Under the pieces are notes generated by a model, which was not told where the DNA came from, searched no databases, and was given only the letters and a program-made list of their open reading frames with translations. A DNA stretch of 62,196 bases from Planctomycetota bacterium (lineage in GTDB: Bacteria; Planctomycetota; UBA8108): positions 1 through 62,196 of the forward strand of contig CBFHWB010000003.1 of NCBI GenBank assembly GCA_965659285.1. Reading direction: 5' to 3'. Position 1 is the stretch's first letter. Every line of letters starts with the position of its first letter. The translations under genes were made by a program, and so were the position numbers. Positions 1-9,535 of this stretch are shown here, one piece after another.

Positions 1-1020
1 GCCGGTTCGCATATCGACACAACGAGCTCGAGGCACGACCCTGTGCAGCATCGGCTCGTCGTCAGCGATGACGATCTCGATCCGGAATCGAACCCCGGAG
101 CCCGGTATTTTGTCGAGCTTTACACCCTCTCCCATGATGATTCTGAACACACCAACAGCGTGGGCTGGCAGGAGGTCGATATCTCCGGACAGCCCGGAGG
201 CACCTGGGACTTTGATTTCCGCCAGGTCATGGGAAACGAGGGCCCGGCTCTCGATGCCTGGGAGGGCGGTGAGAGGACGGTCATTCCCGAGGGTGAGCTG
301 GTCGATGACGGACGCAGCTACATCGACCTCCACGTCAGCGAGAACGAGGATGGCACCTACCGATACGAGTACGCGATCTACAACCTGGACATGCACCGCG
401 CGGTCGCTTCGCTCACCATCCCGGTGGGCGAAGGGGTGGCGATTTCCGGTATTGGCTTCAAGGCCGTTCAGTCCGCCGATGATGGCTTTAACAACGAGCC
501 CTGGGCGGCCACCAGGGACGCCTCCGGCTTGACCTGGTCAACCAGCCCGGTCGCGGAACATCCGAACTCCAATCCCCTTGGCTGGGGAAGTCTCTACAAT
601 TTCTGGTTCGATGCCGATGCGGCTCCTGCCGAGGGCAGCGTCACACTTGGAGTTTACAGGACCGATCTCGAAGGACCGTCCTCCTTCGCGGGAGTCAGCC
701 GGGTTCCGGGCGGTGGCGCTCTGCCTCCCCCGGGAGGAAGTATCTTCCGTCGGGGCGATACCGATGGAAACGGCACGGTTGAATTGACGGACGCGGTCTT
801 GATCCTCGGCTATCTCTTCCAGGGCAGTGCTACGCCTGCGTGTCTCGAAACCGCCGATAGCGATGACAACGGCAAGGTGGATGTTTCTGATGCCATTCGG
901 CTGCTGGGCTGGCTCTTTGCCGGAGGGTCGCCGCTGGCGCCTCCGGGCTCCGAGGAGTGTGGACGCGACCCGACTCCGGGTGACGAGGATGAATGCGATT
1001 ATGATGCGAACAGCTGCTGA
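1..1020 (+). CDS. secreted protein, 5' end off-window, with C-terminal dockerin-like (EF-hand pair) module
   Basis: Frame 1 is open from base 1 into ORF 43..1020. The C-terminus carries two repeats, GDTDGNGTVELTDAVLILGYLF and DSDDNGKVDVSDAIRLLGWLF, matching the dockerin type I calcium-binding repeat pattern. Confidence 0.6.
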   Translation, partial: AGSHIDTTSSRHDPVQHRLVVSDDDLDPESNPGARYFVELYTLSHDDSEHTNSVGWQEVDISGQPGGTWDFDFRQVMGNEGPALDAWEGGERTVIPEGELVDDGRSYIDLHVSENEDGTYRYEYAIYNLDMHRAVASLTIPVGEGVAISGIGFKAVQSADDGFNNEPWAATRDASGLTWSTSPVAEHPNSNPLGWGSLYNFWFDADAAPAEGSVTLGVYRTDLEGPSSFAGVSRVPGGGALPPPGGSIFRRGDTDGNGTVELTDAVLILGYLFQGSATPACLETADSDDNGKVDVSDAIRLLGWLFAGGSPLAPPGSEECGRDPTPGDEDECDYDANSC

Positions 1021-1118
1021 GCGTGCGCGCCGGCTTCCAGGCCGGTAGCTGCCAGGTACGCTTGCGAGTGTTGCGAGAGGACCGCCGGTTTCAGCGGTTG
1101 CTCGGGAGAAGAGAAAAG

Positions 1119-1832
1119 GTGGGAAGGCCGCTGCTGATTTTACTGGGCGTTTTCTGCGCCGGCTGCTCCTCGGCCGGGGTTCGGCCCGCGTCATCAGTTT
1201 CCCATTCGGAGGTCATCGGCGCCTCGGTAGAGGGGCGGGCGATCACGGCGGAAATCCTGGGCCGCGAAGGTCCGGCCTTTCTCATCTTTGGAGTCATTCA
1301 CGGCAACGAGCCGGCAGGGGAGCCTCTGCTCGGGCTTTTTCTCGATCATCTCAAGAAGAACCCGTCCCTGTATTCCCGCCGTCGGCTGGTGGTGATCCCT
1401 GTTCTCAATCCGGATGGTCTTGCAAGGAAGAGCCGCTACAATGTCAGGGGAGTTGATCTGAACAGGAACTTCCCGGCATCCAACTTCAAGAAGAGTCGGC
1501 GCAACGGACCCTATCCCGCCAGTGAGCCGGAGACCAAGGCTCTGATGAAGATGATTCGTCAATTTCGACCGACCCGGGTGCTGGCGGTGCACTCGCCGCT
1601 GCTTTGCGTCAACTATGACGGTCCGGCCGACTCGCTGGCCGCAGCCATGGCCCGGGCGAGCGGCTATCCTCTCAAGCCTTCGATCGGCTATCCGACGCCG
1701 GGTTCGCTCGGAAGCTACGCGGGCATCGATCTGCGCCTTCCGACGATAACGCTTGAGCTGCCCGGGAAACTCTCCGGTGAGAAGGCCTGGGCGGATCTGA
1801 AAGAGGCGCTCCTGGTTTTCGTGAATCACTGA
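1119..1832 (+). CDS. M14-family zinc carboxypeptidase / murein-peptide amidase-like protein
   Basis: Motifs HGNEPAGE (zinc ligands) and DLNRNFP, plus a late His in AVHSP. Signal/lipoprotein-like LLILLGVFCAGCSS. The ORF opens at GTG 1023, but GTG 1119 preceded by GGGAGAAGAG is the likelier start. Confidence 0.75.
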   Translation: MGRPLLILLGVFCAGCSSAGVRPASSVSHSEVIGASVEGRAITAEILGREGPAFLIFGVIHGNEPAGEPLLGLFLDHLKKNPSLYSRRRLVVIPVLNPDGLARKSRYNVRGVDLNRNFPASNFKKSRRNGPYPASEPETKALMKMIRQFRPTRVLAVHSPLLCVNYDGPADSLAAAMARASGYPLKPSIGYPTPGSLGSYAGIDLRLPTITLELPGKLSGEKAWADLKEALLVFVNH

Positions 1833-1844
1833 GCCCAGGCGGGT

Positions 1845-4490
1845 TTATTTGTTCACGGCGACAGAGGCGTCGTCCGTTCGCGGCCTGCTTGCCGTCTCGA
1901 AGGAGTCCGTCCATTTCTTCCATTCCGCCTCGGCGGCCCGTACGGCGAGTTCGGCCGCGTCGACCTCCTCGAGCGCTCGCTGGATCTTTGTGCCGTGGGC
2001 GGCCAGGGCGCTCACCTCAGCCGTCAGCCGTGCCCCCAGCTCGGCGCTTTTTGCTACCGCGACCGCGACCTGCTTGCGGCTTTCTTCCCAGGCCTTGACC
2101 GAGCCTGCCAGCGCCGCGGCCAGCTCAGCGGAGGATTTTTCGAGATCGGTGATCAACTTGCCGGCTGCGGCCAGCTTCTCGGTTTCCACTGCGTCGACCT
2201 GCAGGGTGTCGGTTTTCGAGATGATCTCCGCGGCCTTGCTCGAGGATCCCGCGGCTTTTTCGAGCAGGTTACGGGCGGCCGCGGCGGCGGCATCAGCCGT
2301 CTTTCGCGCGCTCTCCGCGTTGGCCTTGAGCTCTCCGCGCAGGCTTGCGAGCCGCCCATTCGCCTCCCGCGCCTCCGCCTTTCTTTCTTCGAGCGCAACG
2401 AGCCGTGCGATATGCTCCTTGCGTTTCAGGGCCACCACCTTGAGAGCCTTGTCGATCTCGATGGCGGCCTTCCACTTGTCGGCGACCATCCTGGCGGACT
2501 GGAGGCCGGCCGCGGCCTTGTCGAGGATAGCCTTCTGCGTTCCCGCGGCTTCGTTGGCCGTTTTCGCCTCGCCGGTCAACTGGCCGACTCGGGCCCGGGC
2601 GGCGTTCAGCTTTCCGATAGATTGATCGAGGGTCGTCTTTGACAGGGTTCTCCGCTCCAGGATCCGGGAGACGCCGGCCGCGAGCTCTGCGGCCTTCTTC
2701 TGGGCCGAGGCGAGCGCGGCCGCGCTTTTCTTCAATTGGGCGTCGTTCTTTTTCTCAGCCGCGGCAAGCTTGCCGTGCTCTTCTTCACGGGCGGCGAGAG
2801 CGGTAAGAGCTTCGCGAAGGTCCGCGGCGGCTGCATCTGCAAGTCCGCGGTGCTTCTCAAGGTCGGAATTCGCCTGCGTAGCCGCGCCGGCTGCCGCCGC
2901 TGCCGCGGATCCGCTTTCATCGAGCGCGGCCTTCAACTCTCTCGCGGCGTTCAGGAGGGTGGTCTGCTCTGAGGCGAGCTTGTCGTGTTCGGATTGGAGA
3001 CCCGCGAGGGGCTCCATCGCCTTCTCGAGGCGTGCTGAGAGATTGACGGGGTTCAGTGACAGGTTGGCAACCCGCTTGCCATCGGCGGCGTTCCACATCC
3101 GGATCTCACCGTTCCAGTCTCCGGCGATGACGCGTTTACAGTTGTGATCGACGGTTACCCGCAGGGCGAGATCACCGAAGGCTTCAAAGGCGCGCTGCTG
3201 TTTTCCGCTCTGATCCCAGAGCTTGGTTACCCGGTCGCGTCCGCAGCTTACCAGTTGGCCATTTCGATGAAATTGCATGGCAAGCGTCCCCCCTCCATGG
3301 GCATTCCAGCGGCGGACCTGCCGGCCGTTTTCCATTTCCCAGAGGCGTATGGTCGAATCTTCACTGGCGCTCGCTATGATGTTCGAGTCGGCTCTCCAAC
3401 TCACCGCGGTTATCGCGCCGCCATGCCCCCCGAGGGCCAGGTATTCGCGCCCGGTCACGGATTCCCATACATGAAGGCCGCCGTTGCGATCTCCCGATGC
3501 CAGGAGCACTCCATCCGGACTGAACTCAAGTGAGAAGATCCAGTTGGTGTGCTTCTTGATGTCGTGCAGCAGTTCCCCGTCGCTGGTCGAGTAGATTCGC
3601 AGCATCTTGCTGGACCCGCCAAGGGCGACCATGCTGTGGTCGCTGGAGATGTCGGCCGCGAGGACGGAGTCGTACTCGTCGCCGATCTCTACCACCCGTT
3701 CTCCCGTACGGATGTTCCACAGGACAACCTTTCCCGAGTGGGCTCCACGCCCGCCTCCGGCCAGCAGGAGCCCGGCGTTGCGGCTGAACTTGAGTATCTG
3801 GGCCGTGCCTTCAGGGAAGGGGAGCACACCGGCCAGCTCACTGGTGTCGGTATTGTAGAGCAGAATCTGCTTCTGACCTGCCACGGCCAGCAGGGGAGCC
3901 CAGGGGCTGCAGGCCATCGCCGTTACGGCGCTGGTCTGCCGGGTTCTCACCACGGGCTCCAGGCTGAGACCCCTGGGCATCGGCGGCGGGCCCTCAGGCT
4001 TCGCTGTGGGTTCACTTACCGACAGCTCGAGCTTGGGCTTGGCTGGGAGCTTGATCTTGCTGCTCTTGTTCTCCGGGGCTCCTCCCGCGATCCACTTTCG
4101 AACGGTCGCGAGGATTCCATCCGCCATCTTGCCTCCCTTTGGCGGCATGTGCGGTTCTTCAAGGTGAGAGATGAGAGCGAAGAGGCGGCTGGATTCCGGC
4201 TCCCCGGGCTTGATCACCTTCCCGGAGCTGCCACCCTCCATCGTCAGGCCGTAGGTGTTGAGCGCGAGCCCGCCTTTCTTGCGATCCTGGTTGTGGCACT
4301 TGAAACACTGGGACCGGAAGATTTCGGATATATGGTCATCGTAGGTTATCCGGGAGTCTTTTGCCGCGGGCTCTTCGCTTTTCACGATGGTCCCTGGAAG
4401 AAGGACACAACCGAGGGCGGCGAGCAGGGCCCCGGTGGGGATCATTCCGGCTGTCGATGAGCTTCTGGAGTGCATGGTGCGGATGTTCAT
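1845..4490 (-). CDS. PSCyt1 (planctomycete cytochrome c) domain + WD40 repeat + long Ala-rich coiled-coil protein
   Basis: N-terminal signal anchor. CFKCHNQDRKKGGLALNTY...EPHMPP is the PSCyt heme-binding module. Multiple WD40 units are present (e.g. GHGGAITAVSWRADSNIIASASEDSTIRLWE). The C-terminal ~380 aa are A/E/K-rich heptad-like sequence. The start ATG shares one base with the upstream stop (TGATG at 4488..4492). Confidence 0.85.
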   Translation of the reverse strand: MNIRTMHSRSSSTAGMIPTGALLAALGCVLLPGTIVKSEEPAAKDSRITYDDHISEIFRSQCFKCHNQDRKKGGLALNTYGLTMEGGSSGKVIKPGEPESSRLFALISHLEEPHMPPKGGKMADGILATVRKWIAGGAPENKSSKIKLPAKPKLELSVSEPTAKPEGPPPMPRGLSLEPVVRTRQTSAVTAMACSPWAPLLAVAGQKQILLYNTDTSELAGVLPFPEGTAQILKFSRNAGLLLAGGGRGAHSGKVVLWNIRTGERVVEIGDEYDSVLAADISSDHSMVALGGSSKMLRIYSTSDGELLHDIKKHTNWIFSLEFSPDGVLLASGDRNGGLHVWESVTGREYLALGGHGGAITAVSWRADSNIIASASEDSTIRLWEMENGRQVRRWNAHGGGTLAMQFHRNGQLVSCGRDRVTKLWDQSGKQQRAFEAFGDLALRVTVDHNCKRVIAGDWNGEIRMWNAADGKRVANLSLNPVNLSARLEKAMEPLAGLQSEHDKLASEQTTLLNAARELKAALDESGSAAAAAAGAATQANSDLEKHRGLADAAAADLREALTALAAREEEHGKLAAAEKKNDAQLKKSAAALASAQKKAAELAAGVSRILERRTLSKTTLDQSIGKLNAARARVGQLTGEAKTANEAAGTQKAILDKAAAGLQSARMVADKWKAAIEIDKALKVVALKRKEHIARLVALEERKAEAREANGRLASLRGELKANAESARKTADAAAAAARNLLEKAAGSSSKAAEIISKTDTLQVDAVETEKLAAAGKLITDLEKSSAELAAALAGSVKAWEESRKQVAVAVAKSAELGARLTAEVSALAAHGTKIQRALEEVDAAELAVRAAEAEWKKWTDSFETASRPRTDDASVAVNK

Positions 4491-6958
4491 CAGTGGTTGA
4501 ATAGGAATTCCCGGGAGTTGAGCAGCGACCAGAAGAGGTCATCGAGGAACTCTTTCTGGCTGGGGGCCGAGGACTCGATGGCCTTCAGGCTGGCCAGCTC
4601 TTTTTCGCCCGGCTTTCGTGAAAAGCAGCGGATGTACAATTCTTCGATGATCTCGTCCGGGGTCTTCTTGGCGTCAAGGCGAGCCTTGATGAGGCCGCCG
4701 CTGCGGATCTTCTGTTCGACGGTAGTGCCATTGATCAGGTGAAGCGCCTGCGAGAGGTTCGGCTCCATCTGGACCTCGCAGGAGCAGACGGTCTCACGCT
4801 TGGCCCGGCCGAAGGCCTGCAGGAAATAATTGGTGGTCGATCCATCAGCGATCTGAACCGCGCGCGCGCCCCTGGGGAGCCCGCGGAACTTATTGCTGGT
4901 GTTGGTTACCTGGGTGATGCAATCAAGCAGGATCTCGGAGCGAATCCTGCGTAGCGAGGCGTGGGAGAAGTTGCGAGTGTCCGATTCGTTTGAGCTGTTC
5001 GTCTGGGTCGCCAGCTGGTAGGTCCTCGATGTACAGATGTCCCTCACCAGGCGCTTGAAGTCGTATTTGTATTCTCTGAAGCGACGCCCCAGCTCGTTGA
5101 GCAGCTCAGCGTTGGCCGGCGGGTTGCTGACCCTCACGTCGTCGACCTCATCGATGATTCCCTTGCCGAAGAAATGGGCCCAGACCATGTTGGCGAGGTT
5201 GGTGGCAAAGAAGGGGTTCTCGTCGGAGACCAGCCAGTCAGCCATCGCCACCCTCCGGTCCTTGCCCTTGAGGTCGGGAGCTTCCCCGCCAAGGAACTTC
5301 GGCTTCATGACCCGATTGCCTACCGGGTGGCGCACCTCGCCACTGCGAGAGTTGAACACGATGGTCTCGCGAGGGTCCTCGGCGCGCTTCCGGCCAATCT
5401 GGGAGAAGAAGGAGGCGAAGCCGTAGTAATCATCCTGGGTCCAGCGATCGAAGGGGTGGTTGTGACATTGGGCGCACTGGATCCTCATCCCCATGAAGAC
5501 CTGGGCGACGTTTTCGGTCACCTTCAGGGTGTTGGTCTCGTTCTGGTAGTAGTTGGTGGCTGGATTTTTGAAGGTGCCGCCACTGGCGCCAAGCAGTTCG
5601 CTCACCATTTTGTCCATCGGAACATTGTTGGCGACCTTGTCCTGCAGCCAGTTGTAGTACAGCAGCATCGACTTGTAGCTCACCTGGTTGGACGACCTGA
5701 TCTGCAGCAGCTCAGCCCATTTCATCACCCAGAGCTCGACGAACTCTTTGCGGCCGAGGAGCTCATCGACGAGCTTCGAGCGCTTGTCTTTTTCCTGGTT
5801 CGAGGAGAAGCGCGCGTATTCTTCGGCGGTGGGAAGCAGGCCGATGATGTCGAGGTAGGCACGGCGCAGAAAGATCTCGTCGGAGCAGAGCTCCGAAGGG
5901 GCGATCCGCAGCTTGCTGAGCTTTTCGTTGATCAGGGTGTCGACATAGTTGTTCTCGACGACCTCCGGAGACTGGAACTCAAGGTTCTTGGGCAGGACGA
6001 TGAAGTGGCTGCCGACGGTGAAGGTGTCGAAGCGCGCCATGATAAAGGCCTCTCCCCTGGCGCCCGCGCTCACGACGCCTTCCTGGGTGACCTTTGCCGA
6101 GGTGTCGTTGTTGGACAGGAAGTAGGCCAGCCCGGTTACATCCCGGGTGCTGCCATCGGAATATTTCGCCCGGACCGTCAGCTTCTGGGTCGCACCCTCT
6201 CCATTGAGGACGGCACTGGGGGGGTAGAATTCGATCCCGGTCGCATGCGGGATGCCGGCGGGGTCGCGAGGAGCCCGGGCCTCCAGCCAGCGCACCAGCG
6301 TTCCATACAGCTCGGAGTCTTTCTCGAACCGTTTCCCTCCCGTATGGCTGACCCTGCCGGCGCCCTTCTCGAGCAGCAGGCTGTCGTGTATCAGCGCGAG
6401 GTTGAGCCGGCGGCCGTTGAGCTCTCTTGTCAGGCGGTGGTAGTCGCCATCCGGGTCGTAGCCGAAGAGAGAGAGCATGAAGCCATCTTTTCCGCGGGCC
6501 GCGCCATGGCAGCTTCCGGTATTGCAGCCGGCCTTCATGAAAATGGGCATGATATCGAGCTTGAAGCTGACAGGCCGGTCGACGGCGGCGTCCTTGACCG
6601 TGACCGGCAGCGCGATGGACTTTCCGGCCAACGCGATTCGGAGCTCGGTGGAGCCATCTTTAACCGGCAGCACGGTACCGCTCTCGATCTTCGCCAGGGC
6701 CGGGTCCGCAAGGCTGTATTCCGCCTCGGAGGAGACGTCCCGGGTCAGGCCGTTTGAATAGAGCGCCTGGACAATGACCGACTGGTGGTCACGCAGGGAG
6801 TTGAGCTGGATGTCGCCTGGAAAGGCGGTGATCTTCACCAGCCCGGGGGCGTCGGCGCCGTTGACCTGGGAGAGAGCTCCCGCTATCAGGACCAGGGCCG
6901 GGAGGGATAGAAAGAGTCTGGTTTTCTTCACGATGTAGTCCGGGCTCTCAGGAGCCAT
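4490..6958 (-). CDS. DUF1549/DUF1553 (PSCyt2/PSD1) domain protein with Ig-like (Big_2) domains
   Basis: Contains GCNTGSCHGAARGKDGF, LRRAYLDIIGLLPT (DUF1549) and MGMRIQCAQCHNHPFDRWTQDDYYGFASFF (DUF1553). The likely start is ATG 6958 (MAPESPDYIVKKTRLFLSLPALVL signal). The ORF extension up to 7267 overlaps the upstream gene and is Arg/Ser-rich junk. Confidence 0.9.
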   Translation of the reverse strand: MAPESPDYIVKKTRLFLSLPALVLIAGALSQVNGADAPGLVKITAFPGDIQLNSLRDHQSVIVQALYSNGLTRDVSSEAEYSLADPALAKIESGTVLPVKDGSTELRIALAGKSIALPVTVKDAAVDRPVSFKLDIMPIFMKAGCNTGSCHGAARGKDGFMLSLFGYDPDGDYHRLTRELNGRRLNLALIHDSLLLEKGAGRVSHTGGKRFEKDSELYGTLVRWLEARAPRDPAGIPHATGIEFYPPSAVLNGEGATQKLTVRAKYSDGSTRDVTGLAYFLSNNDTSAKVTQEGVVSAGARGEAFIMARFDTFTVGSHFIVLPKNLEFQSPEVVENNYVDTLINEKLSKLRIAPSELCSDEIFLRRAYLDIIGLLPTAEEYARFSSNQEKDKRSKLVDELLGRKEFVELWVMKWAELLQIRSSNQVSYKSMLLYYNWLQDKVANNVPMDKMVSELLGASGGTFKNPATNYYQNETNTLKVTENVAQVFMGMRIQCAQCHNHPFDRWTQDDYYGFASFFSQIGRKRAEDPRETIVFNSRSGEVRHPVGNRVMKPKFLGGEAPDLKGKDRRVAMADWLVSDENPFFATNLANMVWAHFFGKGIIDEVDDVRVSNPPANAELLNELGRRFREYKYDFKRLVRDICTSRTYQLATQTNSSNESDTRNFSHASLRRIRSEILLDCITQVTNTSNKFRGLPRGARAVQIADGSTTNYFLQAFGRAKRETVCSCEVQMEPNLSQALHLINGTTVEQKIRSGGLIKARLDAKKTPDEIIEELYIRCFSRKPGEKELASLKAIESSAPSQKEFLDDLFWSLLNSREFLFNH

Positions 6959-9428
6959 CTTCTTTGCTCTTTTTGAATTGCAGGCGTAGCTTTTCCAGCC
7001 GGGTAAGGCGCTTCTTGGGCGGCGCCTTTGGAGGTGGAGGAGGCTTCGGTTTCTCGACCTTCTTGACCACCTTCGGCGGCGGTTTTTTCTTCGGCTTTGG
7101 CGGCGGCAGGGGCTTGTCGATTCGCAGCTCCGTACCCCCGGTCGCGTGGACGATGGATTCGCCATTCTGGACAATCTCGACCCGGCAGGCGATGTTGCGG
7201 TGTTTTCCCGCGGGGCTGTCCTTGGCGACGGCGACCTTGAAGGTGACCTCCTTGCTGGCAGAGTCAATCTCCAGCCCGGGAGCCTTGACGTTGTGAGGCA
7301 GACCGAAAAGGGTCAGCCGAGCTTTGCCTTCAAACTTTGTCCTCTGGTTGATCTTGCAGTAGATCTCGGTCGCCTGGCCCTGCTCAACCGATGACTTCTC
7401 GGCCGCGAGGTCAATATAGGGCTCTGCCACGCGCAGAGAGGCAAGCTGGGTGCTCGCCCAGATGCCTCCGGAGGATCCGTTGACGGCGATCTTCCAGGCT
7501 CTCACCTGCGCGCTTCCGTTCGCGTTGAGGCTGATCGTGGCCTCGTTCTTGTCCTTCGGAATGTTGACGCCTCTTTGCGAGGTGATTCCCGGAGGATTGA
7601 AGACCATCTGGAGCGCGATGGGGGCGGTGAACCCCTCTTTTCGTTCCGCTACGATCTTGAGCTCCATCGACCCATTGCGAACGATGGGCACCTTGGGCTC
7701 TACAATTCGCAGCTTGAATGGAGCCTCCTCGGTAACCGCGACAGCCAGGCCCTTCAGCGTATGGTTCAGGTATACCGATTGTCCCGGGTTGCCAACCAGG
7801 AGGTCGATGCCGATACGGAACCCACCGGAGATGTTCTTTTTTTCATCAACATGGCTGGCGCGAACGTCACAGATCTTCCCGGACAGCGGAGCATCGGCTG
7901 CCGCCTCGAAAAGGACAGGTATGGTCGTCAGGTTTGCCGGCATGTTTTCACCCTGGAGGGTGATTCCGCCGGGGAGGTTCGCGCAGCTGAAGGCCAGGTC
8001 GCCGCCGAAGTTACTCCTGCTGACGGAAACCAGGGCTGTGTAGCGGTTGCCCCTGGGTACGGCGATCGACTGGCGCTCCTGCGAATAGCGCGCCACCCTT
8101 GGGATGGTCAGGCTCAGGCCGGGTTTTACAGGCGTGAGCTCAAAACGGTATACGTAGTTCGGGCCGCCTTTGCCCAGGTGATCCCGTACCGTCAGGACAT
8201 ACTCCTTGGTCTCCGGGGCGGTGAAACGGAAGTAGCTGTCGGGTCCGCGTGAGTCGTCGTTCCCGGCGATTCCCTTGCCGGAAAAATGGGCGATTCCTGT
8301 CACGGAGTCCAGTGGAGAACGGATCCTGCGGCCGTAGAGCTCGACCTCGAAGACCTGGCCCTTGCTGGCCTTGAAGCGAAAGCAGTCGACGTCGCCAGGC
8401 TCGGAGATGATGCCGTTGAACGCCCCGGGGGCGGCTCCAACAGTGGCCTTGGCGTGGCTGTTGTTGGGCTCAACCTCGAGGGTGTTGTCGTGCTCGCTCA
8501 GACGAAAGACATTCCTCGAAGGGGACACTCCACCGGAATCCTGCAGGTGGAGCCCGAAATCTTCATCCGAGACCCCGGGCGCGGTGATCTTCTGCTTGTT
8601 GCTTCCGCCTGCGTCGCCCAGGTAGGTCACCTCGATCTCCTGGCCGAGCCGGGCGCCAGCGGGCAGGATTCCCATTGGACGCGGGAAGGTGCCGACATGA
8701 AGCCTGTAGCGGCAGTTTCCGTTTCCTCCATAGGAGCTCTCGCGAACCTGTACGTAGTAGCTTCCATCTTCGGGCGCGATCACCTGGCAGGTTGAGTCCT
8801 GGCGCAGGAGGGCGGAGTCGTCAGAGGAGGCGATCTCGAAGCGGCCGGAATTCATGATGGCGATATAGGGGTCGAAGACCGTATTGCCCAGCCGCATGCC
8901 CTCGATCTCGGCCGAGATACGCTGCCCCTTCTTCACCTCGAAGACGTAGTAGTCGACATCTTCGTTCTGTACGATTCCGCTTACGGTGGAGTTGAGCGCG
9001 ATCTTCTGTGGGGCCGCGAAGTCGCTGTTGGGCTCCTTCTCGGCGACCTCCACGAGCGCGCCAACGAAGAATGTCTTCATGTCGGAGATCCCGGTCGCTG
9101 TGCGCAGGCGCATGGCGTGGACGCCAAGACGGCAGTCGGGCGCGATCTTGATTCTTGCCAGCACATGCTTGGGATTGGTCACCTTGAACTCGACCAGGCT
9201 GAAGCCCGGGGAGTAGAAGAGAACCTCCTTAACATCCGCGAGCCGATCTCCGTTGAAGTTGAGCTCCAGCTCGGTGCCGCGCTGGCCGCCCCTGGGGATG
9301 ATCGAGCCAAGCGAGGGGGAGGCGGCGGACAGGAAGGTCGAGGCCAGCAGCAGGAGGGCGGAAACAAAGAGGCCCAGCGCCTGGAGGCGGCGTGGTTTTT
9401 CGACCCTGGTGTCGTTCTGAGCTGACAT
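6948..9428 (-). CDS. secreted protein with two pre-peptidase C-terminal (PPC) domains and a Lys/Pro-rich C-terminal tail
   Basis: Signal peptide after M at 9428 (MSAQNDTRVEKPRRLQALGLFVSALLLLAS). Two EPN...D.D.Y.F PPC-type units are present (EKEPNSDF..DVDYYVFEV and EVEPNNSH..DVDCFRFKA). The tail reads PLPPPKPKKKPPPKVVKKVEKPKPPPPPKAPPKK. Confidence 0.75.
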   Translation of the reverse strand: MSAQNDTRVEKPRRLQALGLFVSALLLLASTFLSAASPSLGSIIPRGGQRGTELELNFNGDRLADVKEVLFYSPGFSLVEFKVTNPKHVLARIKIAPDCRLGVHAMRLRTATGISDMKTFFVGALVEVAEKEPNSDFAAPQKIALNSTVSGIVQNEDVDYYVFEVKKGQRISAEIEGMRLGNTVFDPYIAIMNSGRFEIASSDDSALLRQDSTCQVIAPEDGSYYVQVRESSYGGNGNCRYRLHVGTFPRPMGILPAGARLGQEIEVTYLGDAGGSNKQKITAPGVSDEDFGLHLQDSGGVSPSRNVFRLSEHDNTLEVEPNNSHAKATVGAAPGAFNGIISEPGDVDCFRFKASKGQVFEVELYGRRIRSPLDSVTGIAHFSGKGIAGNDDSRGPDSYFRFTAPETKEYVLTVRDHLGKGGPNYVYRFELTPVKPGLSLTIPRVARYSQERQSIAVPRGNRYTALVSVSRSNFGGDLAFSCANLPGGITLQGENMPANLTTIPVLFEAAADAPLSGKICDVRASHVDEKKNISGGFRIGIDLLVGNPGQSVYLNHTLKGLAVAVTEEAPFKLRIVEPKVPIVRNGSMELKIVAERKEGFTAPIALQMVFNPPGITSQRGVNIPKDKNEATISLNANGSAQVRAWKIAVNGSSGGIWASTQLASLRVAEPYIDLAAEKSSVEQGQATEIYCKINQRTKFEGKARLTLFGLPHNVKAPGLEIDSASKEVTFKVAVAKDSPAGKHRNIACRVEIVQNGESIVHATGGTELRIDKPLPPPKPKKKPPPKVVKKVEKPKPPPPPKAPPKKRLTRLEKLRLQFKKSKEDGS

Positions 9429-9535
9429 TTGATCCCTTTCCTTTGCCTTGGAATTCGCGTTGTCGTTTTCCCTGGGCCGATAAGACGATCCGCTTTGCGT
9501 AAGGATGGGCAAAGCGAGACGGACTCAAAGTGTGC

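Noticed and set aside
5174-6757. 527-aa plus-strand ORF, and similar long ORFs at 40457..42367, 44640..46316, 56761..58173, 38248..39555, 21076..22251, 30738..31955, 32928..34049 and 12739..13575
   Set aside because: All lie antisense to genes with clear family motifs (DUF1553, MetH, sulfatase, SSS, Prs, M1 peptidase, BASS, CotH). Their translations are Arg/Gly/Ala/Ser-rich low-complexity sequence typical of stop-poor antisense frames in GC-rich DNA.
6959-7267. N-terminal 103-aa extension of the DUF1549/DUF1553 ORF
   Set aside because: The extension is an Arg/Ser/Pro-rich sequence that overlaps the C-terminus of the PPC gene in another frame. A signal peptide begins right after ATG 6958.
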